A model generated the notes under the pieces. The model saw only the letters and a program-made list of their open reading frames with translations, did no database searches and was not told the origin of the DNA. Of a stretch of 64,000 nt of DNA, positions 33,518-42,272 are shown in pieces. Position numbers and translations under genes: made by a program. The stretch lies in the sequence record ON286972. The stretch is one strand, 5' to 3'. The stretch comes from Escherichia phage A4. The stretch's first letter is position 1. Each line of letters starts with the position of its first letter.

Positions 33518-34023
33518 TGAATCTTAGTACTGATAAGTTTGTAAAGTTCATAGAGTTTATCAATTTCAATGAGAGCTACAATGGTACGTACAATACTATG
33601 AATATTGTATCTGATAAAGTATTTGATAGTACAATGTTCTATTTGTATGATACAAACGGTGATAAGCTGTGTGATGTTACATTCGGTATTGGTGATCTTT
33701 TTGAATCTGCGGTTTATCTATCTAAACCAACGGTGCGTGATACATATGAAATTCACTTTCATAATAGACCGAATCACAAAAACATTGTAGAATATGATAT
33801 ACCATCATCACACGAACTGTTCATTGTAGATTACAGTACTGAAGAGGGTGTATTTCAAAGTTCATTGCTATACAACTTTGAACTACACGATCCTGATATT
33901 CCTAAAGTACTGGCAATTTCGAATAAGGTATGTGAATTGCCATATAACATATACATGTCAGTTCCTGGTAAAAGAGTAGGTAATTTCTGTAAAGCCTTTG
34001 ACATACAAGCGGATGATAAATGA
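33517..34023 (+). CDS. hypothetical protein, EE-x-Y-F-Q family (TEEGVFQSS)
   Basis: GTG start after GAGGTGAAG SD. Confidence 0.5.
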   Translation: MNLSTDKFVKFIEFINFNESYNGTYNTMNIVSDKVFDSTMFYLYDTNGDKLCDVTFGIGDLFESAVYLSKPTVRDTYEIHFHNRPNHKNIVEYDIPSSHELFIVDYSTEEGVFQSSLLYNFELHDPDIPKVLAISNKVCELPYNIYMSVPGKRVGNFCKAFDIQADDK

Positions 34024-34244
34024 ACAGATACGTGATTGAATACGTGGGTATATCTGAATTTGATAACATTCGTGGCTATGAAAAGGTCATGAGTGAACGC
34101 ACGATATATGTTAGGGGTCGCGATGAAGCCCATGTTCTCTCTTTACTGTTAAATGACCTGACAAAGTTCAATACAACAAAGACACAACGTTATATTGAAA
34201 CAATTAAATCTATTAAACTTTTAGACGAGGATGATGAAGAATGA
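34020..34244 (+). CDS. hypothetical protein
   Basis: ATGA overlap. Confidence 0.5.
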   Translation: MNRYVIEYVGISEFDNIRGYEKVMSERTIYVRGRDEAHVLSLLLNDLTKFNTTKTQRYIETIKSIKLLDEDDEE

Positions 34245-34453
34245 ATTTATATCTAGTAGAAGGTACAGTGCAGGTTTTCCGTTTTGATGGTGATCGTGGT
34301 ATGCGTTTCTCACATGTTGAAGAATTTAAATTTGTCGTACATGCAGAAGGTGAGTACGAAGCTGAGATTAAAGTATCTGAATCCTTTGATAAGAAAGAAA
34401 CCGTAGATGTACAGTATCAGCAACTACAATTTAAAGTGTGGCCTACGCTTTAA
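34241..34453 (+). CDS. hypothetical protein
   Basis: ATGA overlap. Confidence 0.5.
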   Translation: MNLYLVEGTVQVFRFDGDRGMRFSHVEEFKFVVHAEGEYEAEIKVSESFDKKETVDVQYQQLQFKVWPTL

Positions 34454-34457
34454 AAAC

Positions 34458-34486
34458 TTGACACGCATGTAAAAAGCGAGTATTAT
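34458..34486 (+). promoter_or_regulatory. sigma70-type promoter (TTGACA-N17-TATTAT)
   Basis: hexamers upstream of gene 34518. Confidence 0.5.
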
Positions 34487-34517
34487 ATCTGTATTATGAA
34501 TTAACTGAGGAATACGT

Positions 34518-35183
34518 ATGCTCGCCAATTTAAGTTACATTATTAGTGATGATATGGTACAAAGTCGTGGGATGTATCTTGAGAAAGTTCCATACGATAG
34601 CGATGGTATCAAAGGAACTTTATACGAAAGTCGTTTTGACAGAAAGCATCCATTCTGGGAAAAGGCTAATCTAACGGAAGAAGATAGTAATCGTTTATTT
34701 TGTGCTGTGCAGACACCTACACCTGGTATATTAGCGGGTTATGGTATAGATAAAGTCATTAACTTTATGACAGACTATGAAGTTATTGAACGTCTTCAAT
34801 ATATTAATACGAACAATGGTGAGTTCTATAATTCTGATGATTTTCTTGCTATGTGTAGTGCTTCATATGAGAGTGAATTATTGCCAAGTGGTAGACCATT
34901 CCCATTGTCAACACATTGTAATTCCCCTTACGGTGTAGCTGACAACTTACAGCAGATCCTTAAGAAACATAAGAATGTTCTTACATCTGAAATGGAAGTT
35001 GTTATTGGATTTCATCCAGTGTACAAGGAAGATCAACCTGAACATGGTGGGTGGCGTTGGCATAAGCACGGCACATACATTGGTACTCATAAGAAAAAGC
35101 ATGAGTACTTGTATGATGAAGAAGGTATTGATGTTGTTTATTGTTACGAACTAATCCCAGTAAAGAAAAAGGAAACACTATAA
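34518..35183 (+). CDS. hypothetical protein
   Basis: ATG ORF with TGAGGAA SD. Confidence 0.6.
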   Translation: MLANLSYIISDDMVQSRGMYLEKVPYDSDGIKGTLYESRFDRKHPFWEKANLTEEDSNRLFCAVQTPTPGILAGYGIDKVINFMTDYEVIERLQYINTNNGEFYNSDDFLAMCSASYESELLPSGRPFPLSTHCNSPYGVADNLQQILKKHKNVLTSEMEVVIGFHPVYKEDQPEHGGWRWHKHGTYIGTHKKKHEYLYDEEGIDVVYCYELIPVKKKETL

Positions 35184-35425
35184 TGTTAATTTTATACGTT
35201 GTACTGATTTTATTAGTTAACTTTTCTCCAACTATTTTAACTTTAGTATGGGGTAAATTTTATGATGCTGTAAAAGTATTTCTCTTGAATACTGCATGGG
35301 TATTGGTAAGTCTGACTCTTTATTGGTCTACTGATTGGATGATGATTGTGAGTCATATACTACTATATATTTCATTCCTAATGTTGTTCCAAGAAAAAGA
35401 AGTACTTGACAAACTTGAAGGTTAG
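35183..35425 (+). CDS. small membrane protein
   Basis: track ORF 35141..35425 trimmed to ATG after AAGGAAA SD; hydrophobic helices. Confidence 0.5.
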   Translation: MLILYVVLILLVNFSPTILTLVWGKFYDAVKVFLLNTAWVLVSLTLYWSTDWMMIVSHILLYISFLMLFQEKEVLDKLEG

Positions 35426-35434
35426 ACCTATAAT
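35406..35434 (+). promoter_or_regulatory. sigma70-type promoter (TTGACA-N17-TATAAT)
   Basis: overlaps 3' end of upstream gene, precedes gene 35458. Confidence 0.5.
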
Positions 35435-35457
35435 ATCCTTCTACTAAGGGGGATATT

Positions 35458-35718
35458 ATGGCAGTAGGTTTTGGTTCACCTGATAACCACCAAGAAACAA
35501 TACAAGCAACAATTGATAATGCTATTGACTTTGCTCGCTCAAATCTGTATAGTGGTGAGTCTGAAGAGTACTGCATCGACTGTGACTGTGAGATACCAGA
35601 GAAGCGGAGGTTAGTACTGAAGGGTGTAAAACGATGTGTTCAGTGTCAATCAAAGGTTGACAAGGTATATCAAGAGCGTTATAATAGACGTGGAAGTAAA
35701 GACAGCCAACTCCGTTAA
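35458..35718 (+). CDS. DksA/TraR-family C4 zinc-finger protein
   Basis: C-x2-C...C-x2-C-Q pattern CIDCDCEIPEKRR...RCVQCQ typical of TraR/DksA; SD AGGGGG. Confidence 0.6.
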   Translation: MAVGFGSPDNHQETIQATIDNAIDFARSNLYSGESEEYCIDCDCEIPEKRRLVLKGVKRCVQCQSKVDKVYQERYNRRGSKDSQLR

Positions 35719-35738
35719 ATTAATATGAGGAACTACTA

Positions 35739-36071
35739 ATGTTATCATTTATTCTTTCTATCCCTTGTTTTGTTCTTCTTTTTGTATTACTTTTTGAAGC
35801 ATTCCAGAAAGATGAAGAAGTTAAAAATGACCTACGTAAACTATTCAATCTGGATAGTCCAGTAGTTAGGATCTTTTATGTTTTAGTATGTGTGTATGCG
35901 GTTGTGTGGCTATTGGGCTTTTTATTACCACTATCTACTGTACTTGCATGGATTTCCGTTGTTGAAAATTTAGTAGCTATTGTATGGTTTATTCAATGTT
36001 TGTTTAGTGGTTTGGTTTCTGATTGGATTTTCTTACTTAAAATGAAGTTTAAATCAAAATCTGATAAGTAA
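35739..36071 (+). CDS. multi-pass membrane protein
   Basis: ATG ORF with GAGGAA SD; hydrophobic. Confidence 0.5.
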   Translation: MLSFILSIPCFVLLFVLLFEAFQKDEEVKNDLRKLFNLDSPVVRIFYVLVCVYAVVWLLGFLLPLSTVLAWISVVENLVAIVWFIQCLFSGLVSDWIFLLKMKFKSKSDK

Positions 36072-36109
36072 TAACCAAGTACTCATATAAAATACAGAAT
36101 AGTATTAAA

Positions 36110-36145
36110 TACTTGTGTACTAGTTAAGTACGCAAGTATTTTTTT
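36110..36145 (+). terminator. rho-independent terminator
   Basis: hairpin ACTTGTGTAC...GTACGCAAGT followed by TTTTTTT. Confidence 0.5.
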
Positions 36146-36162
36146 ATTATTTTGAGGTTAAT

Positions 36163-36528
36163 ATGGGAAAGCTTACAATTATAATAGCCATGATAATGGC
36201 ACTTAATGTTATGCCAGTTGAAGCTAACGAGGACGTTGCGTGGTTCGATTGCATAGGAAATGATGGACAGTGGCATACGTTTTCCAGTGATCCATATAAT
36301 GGTACTGATATACTAATAGATGGTGAAAATTATCGTTTTGTTAGTGAAAGTAAAATTGGCAACAAAAAGGTATCGACATTTAGAACTGATTCTGGTATAA
36401 TTGCTAATGTCATAATGATAGTTGATCCTGAAAATAATACAGGGGATATATATGTAGTGGTTTACCGTGATCATTCCAATAAAAGAAGTCTGGATCTTGA
36501 TAAACTTCATTTACATTGTCAAATATAA
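36163..36528 (+). CDS. secreted protein (signal peptide)
   Basis: N-terminal MGKLTIIIAMIMALNVMPVEA; SD GAGG. Confidence 0.55.
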   Translation: MGKLTIIIAMIMALNVMPVEANEDVAWFDCIGNDGQWHTFSSDPYNGTDILIDGENYRFVSESKIGNKKVSTFRTDSGIIANVIMIVDPENNTGDIYVVVYRDHSNKRSLDLDKLHLHCQI

Positions 36529-36542
36529 TTTAAGGTAAATCT

Positions 36543-36917
36543 ATGTTCAATAGTATCATTGGGTTCTCATTAGTACTTCCACAAATCATTTTTGGTATTT
36601 GTTTTGTAACTTTTATGATGGGGTCAATCTATGGTATATGGTATTACATTTTAAAACAATCAGATGGAATCATTTTAAAAATAACAATGCATTTTGATGT
36701 GGATTCACCAGCATGGAATTCATCTATTATTACCAATACATTGTATTTTATGATGATCATTTTGGAACAATTGGGATTTGTATCTAATAGTAATGTTTCT
36801 ATGACCGCAGGTATGGCAAGTATTTGTTGTTTGTGGTATATTGTTTATAAGATTGATGTGTTGTATAATATGTATCGTGAAATGGTATTGAACAGAGATA
36901 TGCAGAGGAAAAAATGA
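36543..36917 (+). CDS. multi-pass membrane protein
   Basis: ATG ORF; hydrophobic helices. Confidence 0.5.
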   Translation: MFNSIIGFSLVLPQIIFGICFVTFMMGSIYGIWYYILKQSDGIILKITMHFDVDSPAWNSSIITNTLYFMMIILEQLGFVSNSNVSMTAGMASICCLWYIVYKIDVLYNMYREMVLNRDMQRKK

Positions 36918-37267
36918 TGAAAGTTATATTATTTTTTATGTGTATTATTATGTGTGGTGTCTCTTATGCTGCACCCTTAGCCGGATTGCTTTGTAAAGAG
37001 AATTCTGAACAACACATATTCCAAGGGGATTCAGATGACCTTGATATCATTTACATCGATGGTACTGAATATACATACGTTAAAGACCATACTGTTGGTG
37101 ATATCAGTTTCACTGAATATGCAAAAACAGGTGACACTGATTATAGAGCCTACCTTCAAGTGAATATGATAGAGGGTGAAGACGGAACACAAGAAGTCAA
37201 ACTCGTACTTAAACGTATTGGAGATAAGGAGGCTGATTTTGGAGGTGAGTGTACATATGATGATTGA
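36914..37267 (+). CDS. secreted protein (signal peptide)
   Basis: ATGA overlap; N-terminal MMKVILFFMCIIMCGVSYA. Confidence 0.55.
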   Translation: MMKVILFFMCIIMCGVSYAAPLAGLLCKENSEQHIFQGDSDDLDIIYIDGTEYTYVKDHTVGDISFTEYAKTGDTDYRAYLQVNMIEGEDGTQEVKLVLKRIGDKEADFGGECTYDD

Positions 37268-37275
37268 TTAAAAAA

Positions 37276-37308
37276 GGTTGACTAACGTCAGCCTTTTTTG
37301 TTATACTG
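37276..37308 (+). terminator. terminator-promoter stem-loop cassette (stem contains TTGACT; T-run; then TATACT)
   Basis: GGTTGAC-TAAC-GTCAGCC TTTTTTG TTATACT; TTGACT to TATACT spacing 18. Confidence 0.6.
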
Positions 37309-37316
37309 ATCCCAAT

Positions 37317-37442
37317 ATGCTTGCATTTCTTCAAGTTGATGTATATGAAGAAAGTAATGGCGAACAGTATGTTAAACTTGTGATGATGCGTAAGGCAGCA
37401 AAACAGGCAACATTCGGTGGCTTGTGTAAATATGAGGACTAA
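37317..37442 (+). pseudogene. 41-codon ORF paralogous to the C-terminus of gene 36914..37267 (partial duplicate)
   Basis: LQVDVYEESNGEQYVKLVMMRKAAKQATFGGLCKYED vs LQVNMIEGEDGTQEVKLVLKRIGDKEADFGGECTYDD; directly after cassette. Confidence 0.45.
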
Positions 37443-37446
37443 ACAT

Positions 37447-37638
37447 ATGTTGATTTATCAATGTGATAACATTCGTGTTATACAGCATCCCTACTTACAA
37501 ATCTTTGATGTGCAGCAGTATATGGAAGGTGATGACCCAAGAACCTATGGTCGTAAGTATGATTACTTCACTGTAAAGCAGTGTCGTAACATCAAAGAAG
37601 TACGACAATTAGTTCAAGAACTTCAAAATAAAGGTTGA
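37447..37638 (+). CDS. hypothetical protein
   Basis: track ORF 37417..37638 (GTG) trimmed to ATG after GAGGA SD. Confidence 0.5.
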   Translation: MLIYQCDNIRVIQHPYLQIFDVQQYMEGDDPRTYGRKYDYFTVKQCRNIKEVRQLVQELQNKG

Positions 37639-37664
37639 CTTCGGTCAGCCTTTTTTGTTATAAT
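37633..37664 (+). terminator. terminator-promoter stem-loop cassette
   Basis: GGTTGAC-TTCG-GTCAGCC TTTTTTG TTATAATCATTTCATC. Confidence 0.65.
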
Positions 37665-37693
37665 CATTTCATCTACTACTGGGGATTTTAATT

Positions 37694-38134
37694 ATGTATG
37701 TATATCGTTTTGAACTTAAATTCAGTTATATTGAACCTAACTTAGATCCTGCAAAAACAGTAGGACCGTTCGCACGGTACTCTTCGCGATACAGTACTAA
37801 AAATGGATTTGAACGTTTGTGTATGACTACACCTTCGCAATTCCAACCTGAGCCAACTGAAGATGGGATATATTCAATCAAACGTGGCTGGGTATTTGGT
37901 TGTCAGAGTTTGAATGATTTGTTTAAGTTCTTTACTATGGACTTGGGTAAATTACATCGTGCAGGGTTCGCTGTATCAGTATATGAAGTTCCTGATAACC
38001 ATGTAGACATTGGACATAACCAAGTGCAGTACTATTGTGGTAGTGCAAAACTACTTCGTATTATGTCAGTAAAGGAAGCTAAAGAAGAATTTCGTGCTAC
38101 AAGATTTAATAAGGAAGAGATGGCATATGAATAA
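37694..38134 (+). CDS. hypothetical protein
   Basis: ATG ORF downstream of cassette. Confidence 0.55.
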   Translation: MYVYRFELKFSYIEPNLDPAKTVGPFARYSSRYSTKNGFERLCMTTPSQFQPEPTEDGIYSIKRGWVFGCQSLNDLFKFFTMDLGKLHRAGFAVSVYEVPDNHVDIGHNQVQYYCGSAKLLRIMSVKEAKEEFRATRFNKEEMAYE

Positions 38135-38483
38135 AACATCAACACGATTTGCAAAGTACTTGAGTTATGAAATACCACAAGATCCGTATTTCGACCAACG
38201 TGACGATGAAGATTACATAAAGTTAACTCGTGAACTACGAAATAAGTTCCAACAGATTTTAAGTTCATACACTAATACACATCCACATTTAAAGTACTTC
38301 ATTAAGGCAGATATAGATTCAGATGATTCTGAACTATCATTCCTTGAATACACAGTTGAGTGTGTTGGGTATGTACCTGATAATAGTGTAATTAATCACA
38401 ACAAAATAAAGTTCGACTTGTACGTTATTTGTGTTATAATGAACTTAATTGCACAAATGAACAACTATTCAATAGGGGATTAA
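38127..38483 (+). CDS. hypothetical protein
   Basis: track ORF 38094..38483 trimmed to ATG after AAGGAAGAG SD. Confidence 0.5.
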   Translation: MNKTSTRFAKYLSYEIPQDPYFDQRDDEDYIKLTRELRNKFQQILSSYTNTHPHLKYFIKADIDSDDSELSFLEYTVECVGYVPDNSVINHNKIKFDLYVICVIMNLIAQMNNYSIGD

Positions 38484-38747
38484 ATGAAACTGAAATTGAA
38501 CTATCATGGTTTTCGTCTGCGTGATGATGTGGAGTTCCTTCGTCGCACACCAGGTGCTGAATTGTTTTTAACTGAAATGGGTGTCCCATTTAAAGTCGAG
38601 CACATTGGTGACAATGACTGCCTGGTATATGATAATCAACCAGATATCAACGTTCCGTGGTATTCTGAACATATGTACATTGATATGGCGGCTCGCTACA
38701 ACTGTACGTTTGAAATTACATCTAAAGGTATTGCTATTCAATTCTAA
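38484..38747 (+). CDS. hypothetical protein
   Basis: ATG ORF with AGGGGA SD. Confidence 0.5.
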   Translation: MKLKLNYHGFRLRDDVEFLRRTPGAELFLTEMGVPFKVEHIGDNDCLVYDNQPDINVPWYSEHMYIDMAARYNCTFEITSKGIAIQF

Positions 38748-38768
38748 TAGTCTGATGGACACGAGTAA

Positions 38769-38993
38769 ATGAAATACATGCTGGTGGCATTAATGTTTGT
38801 GAGCACTATAGTACAGGCCAGAATCAAGTACTTTGTGAAGTGTACAAACGTTAGCGGTGGCTACACAGAGACATATCAGGGTAAGTCGGTTAAGATGGCA
38901 ATACACAATGATAGAGGAACAGTGATTTTCCTTGTGAATGATATAATCATTTTGTACAAACCAGATGTACCATGTGAAGTAAAAAGATATTAA
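38769..38993 (+). CDS. secreted small protein (signal peptide)
   Basis: N-terminal MKYMLVALMFVSTIVQA. Confidence 0.55.
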   Translation: MKYMLVALMFVSTIVQARIKYFVKCTNVSGGYTETYQGKSVKMAIHNDRGTVIFLVNDIIILYKPDVPCEVKRY

Positions 38994-38999
38994 ACTACG

Positions 39000-39030
39000 G
39001 GGTTGACATAAGTCAGCCCTTTTGTATAAT
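39000..39030 (+). terminator. terminator-promoter stem-loop cassette
   Basis: GGGTTGAC-ATAA-GTCAGCCC TTTTG TATAAT. Confidence 0.6.
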
Positions 39031-39038
39031 GGTGACTT

Positions 39039-39617
39039 ATGAACCGTAAAGGTAAGTTTAAAGTATCAAAGAAGAATAAAAGTGGAAGGTTCAATGATAT
39101 ATGCTTAGGTTTTATCAAAGCACACAATAAACTTTCTGCCCTGAGTAGAAAGATAGTATCTAACAAGATTGATATTAGATATATAAGTACTAACAATAGT
39201 ACAGGGAAAGATGCACATCCAACTGAAAATATTATTTCAGTATCCTTCGTATACGATGGTCTGGACATTACGATAGATGATTACAGACGATACGGTACTG
39301 GGTTTATACGTATCTATTGCAGAGATGCATCTGATAAGCCGGAACGTATTCGTATTATCGGTACATTGAGTGCTGGTATATTTGAGTGGGAGATTGTTCA
39401 ACTTAAAACTATCGATGAGTACACCACAAGTTCTAATATTATTGAGTTGAATTGCAATGTGAAAGACCTCCCAAACTTGAGCGAAGAAGAATATTTTCAA
39501 GAAAGCTTGCTAACGCCAAATTTGGATGATATAATTAAACAATATAAGACGATGGTGTACTTCTTCAAATGTATCAAACCTAAGACTTGTTTGATGAATA
39601 TTGTCCGTGATCTATAA
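39039..39617 (+). CDS. hypothetical protein, EE-x-Y-F-Q family (SEEEYFQES)
   Basis: ATG ORF just downstream of cassette. Confidence 0.55.
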   Translation: MNRKGKFKVSKKNKSGRFNDICLGFIKAHNKLSALSRKIVSNKIDIRYISTNNSTGKDAHPTENIISVSFVYDGLDITIDDYRRYGTGFIRIYCRDASDKPERIRIIGTLSAGIFEWEIVQLKTIDEYTTSSNIIELNCNVKDLPNLSEEEYFQESLLTPNLDDIIKQYKTMVYFFKCIKPKTCLMNIVRDL

Positions 39618-39628
39618 CAGGAAAAAAT

Positions 39629-40060
39629 ATGTGGGTTAACGTTAATAGTACTGAACTTAATGAAATTGATATCTTTGCATTTGTTAATCTGGAAACTGAT
39701 ACCTTTGTTCGTGGACGTTTGTTCATGAGTTCTGCCTGTGTTCGCAGTATTGCAGTTATGGATGAACTCGGTCAGGTAATTGAGTGCCTACCATTACCTG
39801 CATGGGCATATAGCAGTACTGAAGAAGATGTAATGCAAAAGATCTTTGAAGGGATCAATAAGCTACCAGGTGCAGATGTGAAGAATAAGATATTCAACAT
39901 TGAGAATAAGAACTACAGTGCAGATGTATTGCGTCCTTTAGTGGATTCAGTACTACAAGCTGCATTAGCTAAACCTAAGTGCATTATTTTAAAGTACATT
40001 CCAGAACTTTCCCTAACTAAAGAGGATATGAAAGGATTTATATTCTCATCGGAGTTGTGA
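39629..40060 (+). CDS. hypothetical protein
   Basis: ATG ORF. Confidence 0.55.
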   Translation: MWVNVNSTELNEIDIFAFVNLETDTFVRGRLFMSSACVRSIAVMDELGQVIECLPLPAWAYSSTEEDVMQKIFEGINKLPGADVKNKIFNIENKNYSADVLRPLVDSVLQAALAKPKCIILKYIPELSLTKEDMKGFIFSSEL

Positions 40061-40284
40061 TGAAAAGGTATAAAATTGAATACCTACTTAAAGTAAGAGA
40101 GAAAAGTATTAGTAGTGAGAAATACACCAGTGAGATATTCGTCAGAGATGAGTATTACATTGGTGAAAATGAAGTTGAAGTACTGTTACAATGCATAGAA
40201 AATGAATTTCAAGATATGACACGTTATATGTCATTTGAGATATCGTGTGCAAAAGTTACATTCTTGAACAATACTTCATATTAA
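40057..40284 (+). CDS. hypothetical protein
   Basis: ATGA overlap. Confidence 0.5.
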   Translation: MMKRYKIEYLLKVREKSISSEKYTSEIFVRDEYYIGENEVEVLLQCIENEFQDMTRYMSFEISCAKVTFLNNTSY

Positions 40285-40288
40285 AAAA

Positions 40289-40313
40289 GGGTTGACTTTT
40301 GTTGACCCTTTTT
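40289..40313 (+). terminator. terminator stem-loop of the cassette family (GGGTTGAC-TTTT-GTTGACCC + T-run)
   Basis: hairpin with wobble pairs followed by TTTTT. Confidence 0.55.
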
Positions 40314-40320
40314 GCTATTC

Positions 40321-40328
40321 TATAAATA
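40321..40328 (+). promoter_or_regulatory. TATAAATA box (exact T4-type late-promoter consensus)
   Basis: TATAAATA about 47 nt upstream of the ATG of gene 40375, no -35 element. Confidence 0.4.
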
Positions 40329-40374
40329 TAGACATAGAGAATATATAACATGAAATCTATGGAGAGAAATCAAA

Positions 40375-41913
40375 ATGCCAGGTAAATTCACTGACAAAAA
40401 CGGCGGCAATATGGCTGGACACTCTGATAAATGGAGTGATGAGAATCGTCGCAAAAATAGTTTCCAAGCGGGGCAAGGTTCCCGTGGCTCTCGCAACCAA
40501 GGAACGGGAGAAGCTGGGAAAGCAAACACAGTTGCATCACAGGGTCTTGATACTTCAAACATGTCCCAGCATGAAAAATTGAAGTACTTCAATAGTCTTG
40601 GTCTTTTAAATCCGCAGCAGAAGCAACAACTTGCTGCACTGGATAAAGCACAAGAACAACCTAAAGCAGCACCAGAAGCACCTGCACAGCCTAAAGCGGC
40701 TAATCCGGTAAAAGAACTAAGTGATAAACTTGGGAAGATCTTTGCTAACAAACCACAACTAATTCAAGGTATCGTAAAAGCACTTCAAGCGGTTCCTAAA
40801 GAACAACTCAAGGATAAAGCACAAGCTGTTCTTGATAGTATGAAAGGGAATACCAGTACTGAACCAACTGAAGTATTCAGTACTATCATGCGTGCACTTG
40901 AAGGTAAGCCACAGGCTGATGATGATATTGAGTTTGATGAACCTGCACAAGAAGTAGCAAATCTTGACTCAATCGTTTCTACATTTGGAAAAATTGGTGC
41001 AGAAGATAAGACTAATGCACAACAAGTTAAGAATGTACAAGCTAAGTTACAAAATCGTCTTGAAGGTAAAGATGAAAAGATTAAACTTGCAGCAGATGCG
41101 TTGAAGAAAGCATTAGAATCATATAAACCTGGTGAGAAATCTCGCTTCATTACTGCAATGAATGCAGTATTCGGTGCAATGAAGAAGTATGAAGCTGAAC
41201 ACGGTGAGAAAGTAACTCCTGATGGATATCTCCTTCGCAAAGATGAAGAAGGTGCTGTTGACCAGAAGGACGCTGAACCAGACTATGGTAATTTACCAGA
41301 TACAGTTGATATGGATGGTTACATTCATCGTCCTGATATGCAAGAATTTGGTTCAGACAAAGAAGGTTTTGAACATGCTATGGCTGTGTACAAAGCATTA
41401 GTCGATAATCCACAATATGCAAATAGTTTTGTAGATGAGTTTGATAGTGCATGGAACAACTACCAAGACAAAGGATATGATTTCCCAGCAGAAGCAGCAT
41501 TCTTTGAACTAGGTAAACTTCTTGCTAAAAATGGTATTAATGTTGGTTCTAATGGTGAAGCAAACACTTCAGAAATGGACGCTGAATTGGCTAAAGATCG
41601 TGAAATGACTGATAAGTCAATTCATGAACTACAAAAGCTAATGATGTGGATTGCTGAAATTGGCAAGAAAGCTGGTGCAGATCCTAAGAGCATTAACAGC
41701 AATATTAGTTGGATTAAACATAAGGTTGATAACAATGCCCGTAAATTACAAAAGGCATGGACCGACCTAGTGAATGGTGCAGACGATGTTGATATCGATT
41801 CACCAGAAGCATACGAGTACGCATTGAACACACTTGATAACTCTTTCAAGGATTACGAAAATGGTAACGTAACTGATTGGGAAAAGGATATCATGCATAA
41901 GTACGGTAAATGA
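40375..41913 (+). CDS. large low-complexity Lys/Glu/Ala-rich protein (candidate late/internal virion protein)
   Basis: 512-aa ORF with GGAGA SD; Gly/Gln-rich N-terminus, PKAAPEAPAQPKAA linker; function inferred only. Confidence 0.6.
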   Translation: MPGKFTDKNGGNMAGHSDKWSDENRRKNSFQAGQGSRGSRNQGTGEAGKANTVASQGLDTSNMSQHEKLKYFNSLGLLNPQQKQQLAALDKAQEQPKAAPEAPAQPKAANPVKELSDKLGKIFANKPQLIQGIVKALQAVPKEQLKDKAQAVLDSMKGNTSTEPTEVFSTIMRALEGKPQADDDIEFDEPAQEVANLDSIVSTFGKIGAEDKTNAQQVKNVQAKLQNRLEGKDEKIKLAADALKKALESYKPGEKSRFITAMNAVFGAMKKYEAEHGEKVTPDGYLLRKDEEGAVDQKDAEPDYGNLPDTVDMDGYIHRPDMQEFGSDKEGFEHAMAVYKALVDNPQYANSFVDEFDSAWNNYQDKGYDFPAEAAFFELGKLLAKNGINVGSNGEANTSEMDAELAKDREMTDKSIHELQKLMMWIAEIGKKAGADPKSINSNISWIKHKVDNNARKLQKAWTDLVNGADDVDIDSPEAYEYALNTLDNSFKDYENGNVTDWEKDIMHKYGK

Positions 41914-41923
41914 TAAAAAAAGA

Positions 41924-41955
41924 GGTTGACTTCGGTCAGCCTTTTTTGCTATAAT
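41924..41955 (+). terminator. terminator-promoter stem-loop cassette
   Basis: GGTTGAC-TTCG-GTCAGCC TTTTTTG CTATAAT. Confidence 0.65.
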
Positions 41956-41983
41956 ACTCTCATAACCTAAAAGGAGAAACTCT

Positions 41984-42259
41984 ATGAACACATACGAACG
42001 TTTAGTTGGCTCAATGCGTTATGAAGAAATTTTAAGTGATATTGAAGAACTGAAAGACTCTAAAAGTTACATCCACTTAGATGAACTTATCGTGAAGTAT
42101 GGGGAGGTTGGTGCAAAAGAATTAATTTGCTTTATGGTTCATGTTCGAAATTTAAATTACTTTGATCTTTCATCGAAGAACGGTGAACCGAATCTTTATT
42201 ATCTATATTATTTGAAACATAAAGATGCATGTAATAAATTATTCTTAGAACTTTTATAA
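41984..42259 (+). CDS. hypothetical protein
   Basis: ATG ORF with AAGGAG SD. Confidence 0.55.
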   Translation: MNTYERLVGSMRYEEILSDIEELKDSKSYIHLDELIVKYGEVGAKELICFMVHVRNLNYFDLSSKNGEPNLYYLYYLKHKDACNKLFLELL

Positions 42260-42272
42260 CTGGAGATATCTA

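Noticed and set aside
40375-41913. Calling the 512-aa Lys/Glu/Ala-rich protein a tape-measure or tail-fibre protein
   Set aside because: Composition alone is insufficient and no diagnostic motif was recognised, so it is left as a low-complexity hypothetical (possible internal/scaffold protein).
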